Positions 42,894 through 51,326 of a DNA stretch of 64,000 bases are shown piece after piece. Both the position numbers and the translations under genes were made by a program. The stretch covers positions 133,499-197,498 of the forward strand of contig CAZCCG010000003.1 of NCBI GenBank assembly GCA_964497535.1, given 5' to 3'. The DNA is from an uncultured Gammaproteobacteria bacterium. GTDB lineage: Bacteria; Patescibacteriota; Microgenomatia; Levybacterales; UBA12049. Each line of letters begins with the position of its first letter. Position 1 is the stretch's first letter. The notes beneath the pieces were generated by a model, which saw only the letters and a program-made list of their open reading frames with translations, was not told the origin of the DNA and did not search any database.

Positions 42894-43739
42894 TTGCTAT
42901 CGTCAAACGTTTGTGTATATAGTAAAAGAGCTATGAGGCTATACGCAATCCACAAATTTCTTCTTGTATATTTGGTTTTTCTATTAGCTTATTGGATTAT
43001 CCTACATTTATCTGCTCAACAAACAAGTATATGGAATTATCTTTATTCATTTGCATTTAGTTTAGTTCCACTTCTAGGAAGCTTAGTTGGTATATATATT
43101 TCTAAATCTTGGGGTTTATTGTCAAGCGCAATTGGGAAAGCTATTTTCTATATTTCAGCGGGATTATTTTTTTGGGGTCTTGGAAGTATGATTTGGGCAT
43201 ATTATAATATTTTTTTAAATATTCCTGCTCCTTACCCTTCTATATCTGATGCAAGCTATGTTTTAAGTTGGCCTTTATGGGGAATAGGAATAATTAATCT
43301 TTCTCATGCAACTGGGGCAAAATTTTCACTAAGGCAAATAAAAGGAAAACTACTACTTTTTATTATTCCTATTATTTTGATTGTTTTATCTTATTATTTA
43401 TTAGTAGTTGTAGCGCGTGGGGGATTTATTACTGATTTTTCTGAAAATGGATTCAAATCTTTTTTTGATTTAGCTTATCCAATTGGGGATGTAGTGATAC
43501 TATCTCTTGCTGTTTTAATTTATGGTTTATCGTTTCGATATCTGGGTGGAAAATATAAGGCGACAATTCTTTTGTTACTCTTTGGTTTTGTTTTAAATTA
43601 CATTGCCGATTTTATCTTTTCTTATACCACTACAGTTGAGACTTTTTACGTAGGTGATTTGGGTGATCTTGTCTTTACACTAGCTTTTTTCTTCATTACA
43701 TTTGGCGTTCTAGGGTTTTATAGAGTAAGGAATACATAA
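42894..43739 (+). CDS. polytopic membrane protein paralogous to the C-terminal domain of the NB-ARC protein
   Basis: Shared blocks PYPSISDASY / PYPSFGDIAY, GAKFSLRQIKGK / GIKLSIQSFKKK, IIPIILIVLSYYL / IIPIVMLTIAYYL, DLAYPIGD / DFGYSLGE. Confidence 0.5.
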   Translation: MLSSNVCVYSKRAMRLYAIHKFLLVYLVFLLAYWIILHLSAQQTSIWNYLYSFAFSLVPLLGSLVGIYISKSWGLLSSAIGKAIFYISAGLFFWGLGSMIWAYYNIFLNIPAPYPSISDASYVLSWPLWGIGIINLSHATGAKFSLRQIKGKLLLFIIPIILIVLSYYLLVVVARGGFITDFSENGFKSFFDLAYPIGDVVILSLAVLIYGLSFRYLGGKYKATILLLLFGFVLNYIADFIFSYTTTVETFYVGDLGDLVFTLAFFFITFGVLGFYRVRNT

Positions 43740-43744
43740 GTATT

Positions 43745-44023
43745 ATGGATGTTTTTGCACAAATGGCCCAAAAGATTATCACAGAGCAGGAAGGTATTGT
43801 CGGTCCAGTAGCCCTGGAACAGGCCAAAAAAGTCTCAGGACTTACTGTTGATTGGTCAAAGCATGAAGTAACAATATCGGGGAATAAAAGTGATGTTCTG
43901 GAACATCTTGTTGAGCAATATGGACATCTTTTTGGGCAAGCTTCTATTGAAGTGTGTAAAGATGCAGTTCGGGGAATGATAACTAAAATACCTAAGGATC
44001 AAATACCTTCTTTACTCCTATAA
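43745..44023 (+). CDS. small hypothetical protein upstream of the histidine kinase
   Basis: 92 aa and soluble. It starts 6 nt after the preceding gene and ends 24 nt before the kinase gene. Confidence 0.35.
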   Translation: MDVFAQMAQKIITEQEGIVGPVALEQAKKVSGLTVDWSKHEVTISGNKSDVLEHLVEQYGHLFGQASIEVCKDAVRGMITKIPKDQIPSLLL

Positions 44024-44047
44024 GAAAATACTATACTATAATTCTGC

Positions 44048-45502
44048 ATGAGTAGTTCGCAATCAGGAGATTCTCAGAATCAAGCCAATATATCAGAAGA
44101 GTTGGGGCATATTACGCAAGAAATATACAAAAAAAATGCCGAACTTGCGCATACCAATAAAACTCTTTCGGTTCTTCGAAAACTCGATGAGATTATTTTA
44201 AGCAGTGTTACTTCACTTCATAAAGTTGCACAACAAGTAGCAGATGCTATCGTCCAAGAAGCAGAGTTCCAAGCAGTTGCGGTGTTTCTTATAAATCAGG
44301 AAGAACAATGTCTGGTAGAGCTTGCTATTTCGCAAACTGCTGCTATACAACTTGCCGAGACTGAGTTTGGGATACACTTCAAAGATCTTCGAATACCTCT
44401 TTCAGAAGAAGAAAATCTACTGGTGCAGGTAATGCGCGAAAAAACTCAAAAAGTAGGACGTGATTTATATGCTGTATATAGACCTGCTTTTACTATAGAT
44501 CAAACTGCCCGGCTGGAAGAGCTTGAACGAGTCAGGACAATATTAGTAATTCCCTTGGTAGTACGTGAACAACTGATTGGAATTATGGCAATTAGTCTGG
44601 AGCAGGAAGAAGCCAATCTAACGGATTTCCAAAGAGATTTGGTGACACGGTTAACAGGAGTAGTAGGAATTGCTATGGATAATGCCCTTCTCTATCGTCA
44701 AATAGAGCAAGCAAATGAAAAGTTGAAGCAACTTGATAGATTGAAAGATGATTTCGTTTCTCTTGCTTCTCATGAACTGCGTACTCCTATGACAGCTATT
44801 AAATCGTATTTATGGATGGCTCTTGCCGGTAAAGGAGGAGAACTTACGGAAAAACAAAAATATTACATTCATCGTTCTTATGATTCAACCGAACGGCTTA
44901 TAAAGCTGGTTAACGAAATGCTCAATGTTTCGCGTATTGAATCGGGCCGTATAACTCTCGATGTTCATGCGATTGATATGAATACACTGGTTGATGATGT
45001 TTTTGAGGAATTGAAGCCTCGAGTGCAAGAACTAGGACTTAATTTGAAAGTAGATCATATTTCCCTACCTCAAGTTTTGGCAGATACAGATAAAATAAAA
45101 GAGGTTTTGATTAACCTGATTGGGAATTCACTCAAATTCACCCCCCCGGGAGGAATGATCTCCGTAAGCTTCAAAGTAAATGCTGAAATGATCGAGACAA
45201 GTGTCTCAGACACCGGTAAAGGTATTGCACCTGAGGATATTTCTAAGTTATTCCAGAAATTCGGCATGATAGACAATAACTATTTAACAATTCAAGATGT
45301 TCGGGGAACAGGACTGGGGCTTTATATTAGTAAATCAATTATAGAACTTCTTGGGGGTAAGATTTGGGCAAAATCTGAGGGACTAGGGAAAGGGACGACA
45401 TTCACTTTCTCACTCAAACAATTTTCGGAAAAAGATAAATCAAGCTTTGATCAACAGCAGCAAGGAAAAGAAAAAATAGATATTATTCCTACACAGTTAT
45501 AA
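44048..45502 (+). CDS. cytoplasmic sensor histidine kinase with GAF domain
   Basis: No TM segment. GAF-like middle region. H-box ASHELRTPMTAI, N-box LINLIGNSLKFTPPGG, G1 DTGKGIAPED and G2 GTGLGLYISK. Confidence 0.9.
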   Translation: MSSSQSGDSQNQANISEELGHITQEIYKKNAELAHTNKTLSVLRKLDEIILSSVTSLHKVAQQVADAIVQEAEFQAVAVFLINQEEQCLVELAISQTAAIQLAETEFGIHFKDLRIPLSEEENLLVQVMREKTQKVGRDLYAVYRPAFTIDQTARLEELERVRTILVIPLVVREQLIGIMAISLEQEEANLTDFQRDLVTRLTGVVGIAMDNALLYRQIEQANEKLKQLDRLKDDFVSLASHELRTPMTAIKSYLWMALAGKGGELTEKQKYYIHRSYDSTERLIKLVNEMLNVSRIESGRITLDVHAIDMNTLVDDVFEELKPRVQELGLNLKVDHISLPQVLADTDKIKEVLINLIGNSLKFTPPGGMISVSFKVNAEMIETSVSDTGKGIAPEDISKLFQKFGMIDNNYLTIQDVRGTGLGLYISKSIIELLGGKIWAKSEGLGKGTTFTFSLKQFSEKDKSSFDQQQQGKEKIDIIPTQL

Positions 45503-45618
45503 ATGCCCAAATTCCCCTCTTGACAACAGATGAGTATATATGGTTTGCTAGATAAAGAGTTAAAAGATTTTAACTCTTGACAAGTAATAAAACAATTTGT
45601 TTCAATAGAAATATACCT

Positions 45619-46137
45619 ATGAATTTATTCAAATCCTTTAAATCTTCACAGTCCGGTTTTACCCTTATTGAGTTATTGGTTGTTATCGGTATTCTCGGTG
45701 TTTTGGCGGCCGCATTGGTTGCAACAATTGATCCATTTGAACAGCTGAAAAAAGCACAGGATGCCAATGTTAAAAATACTGCAGTTGAGTTTGTAAACGC
45801 AAATATTCGATACTATACAACTCACAATGCACTCCCGTGGGCAAACGGAGTTTCCAATTGTAGTTCAACCGGAAGCGTCGGTTCATCCAGTAACATCGGA
45901 TGTGTAGGCGCTCTTATTGATGATGGAGAGTTGAAGAGTGGATTTACTACCGTTTCTACGATTAATAGTGTTATCTTTACTGGCACATCCAATTCGGTAG
46001 TTGCATGTTTCCAGCCGCAATCAAAATCTCAATGGAGAGATCCCAACACCAAATATTCATCTGCTGGGATAGCAACTACAGGTTGTATCTCTCAGACCAG
46101 TGCCGGTGTTACCACCTGCTACTGGTGTGCTCAATAA
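45619..46137 (+). CDS. type IV pilin (prepilin N-terminal methylation domain), major-pilin candidate
   Basis: Leader MNLFKSFKSSQSG, then FTLIELLVVIGILGVLAA with E5. C-terminal Cys pair CYWC. The listed ORF starts earlier, at 45577. Confidence 0.85.
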   Translation: MNLFKSFKSSQSGFTLIELLVVIGILGVLAAALVATIDPFEQLKKAQDANVKNTAVEFVNANIRYYTTHNALPWANGVSNCSSTGSVGSSSNIGCVGALIDDGELKSGFTTVSTINSVIFTGTSNSVVACFQPQSKSQWRDPNTKYSSAGIATTGCISQTSAGVTTCYWCAQ

Positions 46138-46144
46138 TATCTTC

Positions 46145-48166
46145 ATGCAGGCAGGCATAAAATTAATTCCCTTCTTCCTTTTATTCTTTTTGTTAGTCCT
46201 TTATATCCATAACCTTTCTCGGGATATTTACGGTGGCGATATCGGAGATTTGGTAACTGCTGCTTCTGTAGCTGGAGTTCCTCATGCTCCTGGGTATCCC
46301 TTGTTTACATTTCTGGGGTTTTTAGTAACACGATTTCAAGGGTTGGCTACCCCTGCTTTTCTGGTAGGTTTGATATCCGCATGTGCCGGTGCATTGGGAA
46401 TACTGTTTCTTTTTTTGCTTATTAAAAGGCTTACCAAAAATACTATGGTATCAGTAATTAGCTCTCTTATACTAGCTTTCTCGTATTGGTTTTGGTTATA
46501 TAGTGAATTGGCTGAGGTTTTTATTTTAAATTCATTTTTCGCAATCCTCCTTTTGTATCTTTCGCTTCGCATTCGAGAGACTCCCTCAACCAAATTATTT
46601 CTTCTCTTTAGTTTTGTGTTGGGATTATCTCTTACCCATCACCAGACGATTACCTTGATCTTCCCGACCCTCCTTTTGATTGTGCTAAAGCAACTGAAAA
46701 TATTGTGGAAGGATAAACGATTACTGCTGGGATGTTTTGTAGCCGGTTTGGTAGGTTTATCAGTTTATTTATATGTTCCTATAGCTGCCAGCCATAACCC
46801 TATCATTAATACCAATTCTGTGCATGACTTGGACTCTTTCTTGCATTTGGTATTGCGCAAGGACTATGGTACTTTCAATGCCGGTCCTTTTGTTTCATCA
46901 ATACCCATGGAAAGAATGATAGCTTTAAAGGTTTATTTATTTGATGTAGTTTCCCAACTTACATTTCCAGTAATACTTCTGAGCATTATTGGAATAGGAG
47001 CTCTCTATAAAAAGGATCAGTGGCTATGTATATCTTTTTTAACCGGGTTTTTAATAACCGGACCAATCTTTACTACCTATGCAGGGTTTCCATTGAGTAA
47101 CGCATTTCTTATCGGTGTCAGTGAGCGTTTTTATATTCTCTCCACAATTTTTATTATAATTTTTTTCCCTTTTGGTCTTTTGTACCTTACTCAAAAGCTT
47201 GGATCCTTCTTTCATAACAAATACTACACACTATGGTTCCAGGCAATATTTTTGCTTATTCCCTGTCTGCTATTTTTTTATAACTTTCCCAAAACTGATT
47301 TGTCACAGATACATATCGGGGATAATTTGGGATATGATTTGTTGAAGTCTCTCCCTCAAAACGCCGTGCTTTTGATTGAAGGAGATACCGGTGTCTACAA
47401 TACATGGTATATCCACTATGCGAAGGGATATAGAAAAGATATTGATGTTGTAAATATTAATAATTTCGTAGGAAATAGTTATTTCCGTTCCCAGGTGGAT
47501 CGATATAAAAAGGTTGTTCGAAACGGTTCAACTGCCGATCGAATGGCAATCATTATAACAAAAATTAACCAAAACCGGCCTGTTTTTTCTCATATTAAGA
47601 TACAAACAAAAAATTATCCCCTTCCCTGGATTCCCTACGGACTGGTATATAAATTATTGTTGCCTAACCAGAAACCTCCTTCTGAGCCGGAGTTTACTCT
47701 GATGACTCATACAGTGTGGAATTCAATTCAGACTCCTTATAAATCCTTGAGAAACAAAAGCGCTTTTGGGAATATAACAATTTCGGATATCCCTCCGTAT
47801 TATTCAGATGCCCTATTGGTAACCGGCTCGTATTTTCTTTCTACGTATCATAATGATAGTATGGCACAAGAGTTTTTTACTAAAGCAATGGATGTAGATC
47901 CTGCATATTATAAAAACTACGAAGTGTGGGGTGGCTATTATTTGTCCAATCATCAATGTAATCCGGCTGCAAAATATTTTATAAAGACGATTGAACTGAG
48001 GCCATATGAGAAGATTGCTTATTTTCTGCTCTATAGTGCGTATCATGAATGTTCCCACAATAATACGGCTTCAAAGCAGGTAGTTGTGGAATATCAAAAG
48101 TATTTCAATGATTCCTTTTTCAAGGAATTGAAAAGTCAAATGAAGGATATAAAAATAGCCTTGTGA
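46145..48166 (+). CDS. GT-C fold glycosyltransferase of the DUF2723/TMEM260-like family with C-terminal TPR repeats
   Basis: N-terminal RDIYGGDIGDL ... GVPHAPGYPLF motif, more than 10 TM helices, then TPR-like repeats (AMDVDPAYYKNYEVWGGYY). Confidence 0.6.
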   Translation: MQAGIKLIPFFLLFFLLVLYIHNLSRDIYGGDIGDLVTAASVAGVPHAPGYPLFTFLGFLVTRFQGLATPAFLVGLISACAGALGILFLFLLIKRLTKNTMVSVISSLILAFSYWFWLYSELAEVFILNSFFAILLLYLSLRIRETPSTKLFLLFSFVLGLSLTHHQTITLIFPTLLLIVLKQLKILWKDKRLLLGCFVAGLVGLSVYLYVPIAASHNPIINTNSVHDLDSFLHLVLRKDYGTFNAGPFVSSIPMERMIALKVYLFDVVSQLTFPVILLSIIGIGALYKKDQWLCISFLTGFLITGPIFTTYAGFPLSNAFLIGVSERFYILSTIFIIIFFPFGLLYLTQKLGSFFHNKYYTLWFQAIFLLIPCLLFFYNFPKTDLSQIHIGDNLGYDLLKSLPQNAVLLIEGDTGVYNTWYIHYAKGYRKDIDVVNINNFVGNSYFRSQVDRYKKVVRNGSTADRMAIIITKINQNRPVFSHIKIQTKNYPLPWIPYGLVYKLLLPNQKPPSEPEFTLMTHTVWNSIQTPYKSLRNKSAFGNITISDIPPYYSDALLVTGSYFLSTYHNDSMAQEFFTKAMDVDPAYYKNYEVWGGYYLSNHQCNPAAKYFIKTIELRPYEKIAYFLLYSAYHECSHNNTASKQVVVEYQKYFNDSFFKELKSQMKDIKIAL

Positions 48167-48183
48167 ATGGATGAGGAAGGATT

Positions 48184-49332
48184 ATGAAACAGGTTATTAT
48201 TCTTATTATTACAGCTAAAATATCGATAGTTCTTCTTATATTTCTAGCGTATAGTCTGTTACCGTTTGGTAAAGTGTATTATTATTCGAATTTTGTATAT
48301 CCGCCAGGTGAAGAAATCAGTTTGAAGTCAGCATACAAAACGTGGGATGCACAACATTATTTATTTCTGAGTGAAAAAGGGTATAAAAAGGGAAATTTTT
48401 CAGATAGCTTTTACCCTCTCTTTCCTAATATTATACGATTTTTTGCCAGCATCTTTTATGATTCCTTCTGGGTCGGTATAGTGTTTTCTAATCTATTCTC
48501 AACTATAGCTTGTATCTATTTCTATTTATTTGTAAAAGAACGATTTCCTAAAGATGGCGTTGCGTATACTGCACTTATTTTTCTTTTGGCGTTTCCAACT
48601 GCTTTTTATTTCTCGCTAATTTACACCGAATCACTATTTTTTTTACTTGCCATCTGTTTCTTTTATTACTTATACAAAAACGATTACCGGTTAGCTGCAG
48701 TACTTGCTTTTTTTCTCCCTTGGACCCGACCCATGGGTCTTTTCATTATTATCCCATTTGCATTTTATTATATATCTCATCATAGGAGTTTACTGCATAA
48801 CCAACCCTTTCTGGATCGTAAGTTTACTATCGATAAAAATATAGTATTTCTTCTCAGTCCTGTGTGCGGTTTTCTGGGATATTTATTGTTTATGCAATTA
48901 AAAACAGGAAACCCTTTTGAAGGTTTCAGTATGCAGCAATATAATATAGCTCATTGGAGTGTTGGGAGTATTTTTTCACCGCTGCTTTTTTTGCAAAACT
49001 TTTTCTCCCATAACCTGACAATTCATGGTTTTACCAACTCAGTAATAGATAGGATATTTTTTGTTATTTTCCTGGTATCACTGCCTTTTATATACAGAAA
49101 AACTACCAAACCACTATTTTTGTATTCACTGTTTCTTGGTTTTACTCCGTTTTTAGGTAGCTTTATGTCTTATACTCGATATATGCTGGTTATTTTCCCG
49201 ATTTTTATTACTGCGGCGATTTATATTGAAAACAAAAAATATGCCGAGCTTAAATATCCTTTATTATTTTTATCTCTTATAATGCAATCCCTGTTTTTGG
49301 TTATGCATTCTCTGAATTATTGGGTGGCGTAG
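48184..49332 (+). CDS. GT-C fold mannosyltransferase-like membrane protein (PIG-V-like)
   Basis: WDAQHYLFLSEKGY motif after the first TM helix. Roughly 9-10 TM helices. Confidence 0.45.
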   Translation: MKQVIILIITAKISIVLLIFLAYSLLPFGKVYYYSNFVYPPGEEISLKSAYKTWDAQHYLFLSEKGYKKGNFSDSFYPLFPNIIRFFASIFYDSFWVGIVFSNLFSTIACIYFYLFVKERFPKDGVAYTALIFLLAFPTAFYFSLIYTESLFFLLAICFFYYLYKNDYRLAAVLAFFLPWTRPMGLFIIIPFAFYYISHHRSLLHNQPFLDRKFTIDKNIVFLLSPVCGFLGYLLFMQLKTGNPFEGFSMQQYNIAHWSVGSIFSPLLFLQNFFSHNLTIHGFTNSVIDRIFFVIFLVSLPFIYRKTTKPLFLYSLFLGFTPFLGSFMSYTRYMLVIFPIFITAAIYIENKKYAELKYPLLFLSLIMQSLFLVMHSLNYWVA

Positions 49333-49333
49333 T

Positions 49334-50128
49334 ATGGAAGAAATTCTTCTCACATCATTACTATTTATTATCGGAATATCCATTGGGTCATTTTTAAATG
49401 TATTGATTGACCGTGTTCCTCGAGAAGAATCAGTAGTGGCAGGACGATCTCACTGCGATTCCTGCAAAAAAACACTTCAGTGGTTTGATCTTGTTCCTCT
49501 CTTCTCATTTTTATGGCTCAGAGGAAAATGTCGTTACTGTAAGACCTCAATTGGTACTCGTACTGTTATTGTTGAATGTATCACGGGGATTTTTTTTGTG
49601 GCCACCTTTTCTACTCTTGTTCCCGGTATCGCTGCTCTAAATGGGGTGCTATTTATCGAACTTCTCTATTTTCTATTTATAATTTCATGCCTGATTGTCA
49701 TTTTCTTTTGTGATCTGAAGTATGAAATAATTCCTGATGTAGTGGTATATCCGGGTATTATCATAAGTCTTGCCTATTTACTTTTTTTGCATCCTCCTTT
49801 GCTCTTTCCTTCAATGCTTACTGCTTTGTGTATTTTTTTATTTTTTTTGGTTCTATTTCTTGTTACGAAAGGAAAAGGTATGGGATTTGGGGATGTAAAA
49901 CTGGTATTTCTCATCGGATTACTGCTTGGTTTCCCTCTGGCAATAGTAAGTATTTATATATCGTTCTTGACAGGAGCGATTATCTCTCTCATACTAATTT
50001 TATGGAGGAAAAAGAAATTTCGCGGAAACACTATCCCTTTCGGACCATTTCTCGTGTTTGGAGTTCTTATAAGCTTTTACGCAAAAGATTTACTATTAGT
50101 AATACTTCATCAGGTTTTACCCTTGTAG
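49334..50128 (+). CDS. pilD: prepilin peptidase (A24 family)
   Basis: Tetracysteine CDSC ... CRYC and the catalytic GFGDVKL motif. About 7 TM helices. Confidence 0.9.
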   Translation: MEEILLTSLLFIIGISIGSFLNVLIDRVPREESVVAGRSHCDSCKKTLQWFDLVPLFSFLWLRGKCRYCKTSIGTRTVIVECITGIFFVATFSTLVPGIAALNGVLFIELLYFLFIISCLIVIFFCDLKYEIIPDVVVYPGIIISLAYLLFLHPPLLFPSMLTALCIFLFFLVLFLVTKGKGMGFGDVKLVFLIGLLLGFPLAIVSIYISFLTGAIISLILILWRKKKFRGNTIPFGPFLVFGVLISFYAKDLLLVILHQVLPL

Positions 50129-50799
50129 AACTGGTAATAGATCTGGCAATATTGGCAGTTCTTATTGCATTAATCTTTATCCTGTATGATCCTATTAAGC
50201 AGCTAAATAAAGCAAAAGATTCTCAGCGTCAGCATGATTTTGAACAAATCAGAAACGCCTTGGATACCTATTATAATGATCACAATTGTTATCCTACTTC
50301 TGTTCCCTTTGGTTCGCAGTGGCAGGAAGGATCAGTAACGTACATGAGAAAAGTTCCTCAAGATGAGACATGCGGGAAAATAAATGGAGCATGTTATTCC
50401 TATATAACCGATAGCCAAAATTGGTGTCCACAATGGAATATATTATTTGGTAAAACGTTAGTTCCTCCGAAAGATCCAACTATAGCCTGTTCATTAAATG
50501 ACTCCTGTTTGCCGCAAAACTATACTCAGGAAGGATATAATGCCTGTTTTGTATCGGGCAGTGTAGATTGTGATATTGTTGGTTCAAGTATTATTGAAGT
50601 TGGGAGTCCTCCTCCTGTGTCGACTCCCACTCCCTCTCTCCCACCGGGTTTGACCCCTACAGATACACCCATACCTTCTCCTACTCCGAATTGTTCGAAA
50701 AACTATGCATGTACGGGTTTTCCTACGGAACGATGTAATGTAGTCGCGGTGGGTACCGGGACGTATTGCAGTTCTAATTGTGATGGAGCGTGCTTATGA
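50002..50799 (+). CDS. type IV pilin-like protein with Ser/Thr/Pro-rich linker and Cys-rich C-terminal domain
   Basis: SG|FTLVELVIDLAILAVL prepilin motif with E5 and linker SPPPVSTPTPSLPPGLTPTDTPIPSPTP. The start is uncertain; the nearest ATG at 50002 overlaps pilD by 127 nt. Confidence 0.6.
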   Translation: MEEKEISRKHYPFRTISRVWSSYKLLRKRFTISNTSSGFTLVELVIDLAILAVLIALIFILYDPIKQLNKAKDSQRQHDFEQIRNALDTYYNDHNCYPTSVPFGSQWQEGSVTYMRKVPQDETCGKINGACYSYITDSQNWCPQWNILFGKTLVPPKDPTIACSLNDSCLPQNYTQEGYNACFVSGSVDCDIVGSSIIEVGSPPPVSTPTPSLPPGLTPTDTPIPSPTPNCSKNYACTGFPTERCNVVAVGTGTYCSSNCDGACL

Positions 50800-51326
50800 G
50801 AAAAATTAAAGAATTCAAGATGAGTAATTTACACGTGCAACGTGGTTTTACATTGATTGAGCTTATTATAGTTACTGCTATCCTCGGAATATTGACTGCA
50901 ATAGTTATTGCAAGTCTTGATCCGCCAGCACAATATGCAAAAACCCAAGACGGCCGAAGAAAATCTGATCTTTCCCAAATACAAAGAGCTTTGGAATCCT
51001 ATTATCAGGACCATAATTACTATCCCGATAGTACCGCTAATTACCAGATTTCCGGTGCTGCCTGGGGTTCATCCGGTTTGGCTCCTTATATGACAAAAGT
51101 GCCTATAGATGCGAATCCTACCAAAACATATGCATATAAGTCGAGTGGGCATAATGGACAGTCATATTGGATCTATGTTAGTCTAGATAGAGGCGGTAAA
51201 GATCCTCAAGCATGTAATAGCGGTAATCTGTGCGCAAATGCTACCGGGATTTCTTGTGATAGAAGTGGTAGCCTTGCAAATAATATCTGTAATTACGGCG
51301 TTAGCAGTCCTGATCAATCACCATGA
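50790..51326 (+). CDS. type IV pilin / pseudopilin (GspG-like)
   Basis: Leader ending QRG, then FTLIELIIVTAILGILTA. Alternative start at 50820. Confidence 0.8.
   Translation: MLMRKIKEFKMSNLHVQRGFTLIELIIVTAILGILTAIVIASLDPPAQYAKTQDGRRKSDLSQIQRALESYYQDHNYYPDSTANYQISGAAWGSSGLAPYMTKVPIDANPTKTYAYKSSGHNGQSYWIYVSLDRGGKDPQACNSGNLCANATGISCDRSGSLANNICNYGVSSPDQSP

Noticed and set aside
49828-50001. GTG-initiated 5' extension of the pilin-like ORF deep inside pilD.
   Set aside because: It would add a 95-aa non-pilin N-terminus overlapping pilD by 300 nt. This is an artefact of the longest-ORF convention.
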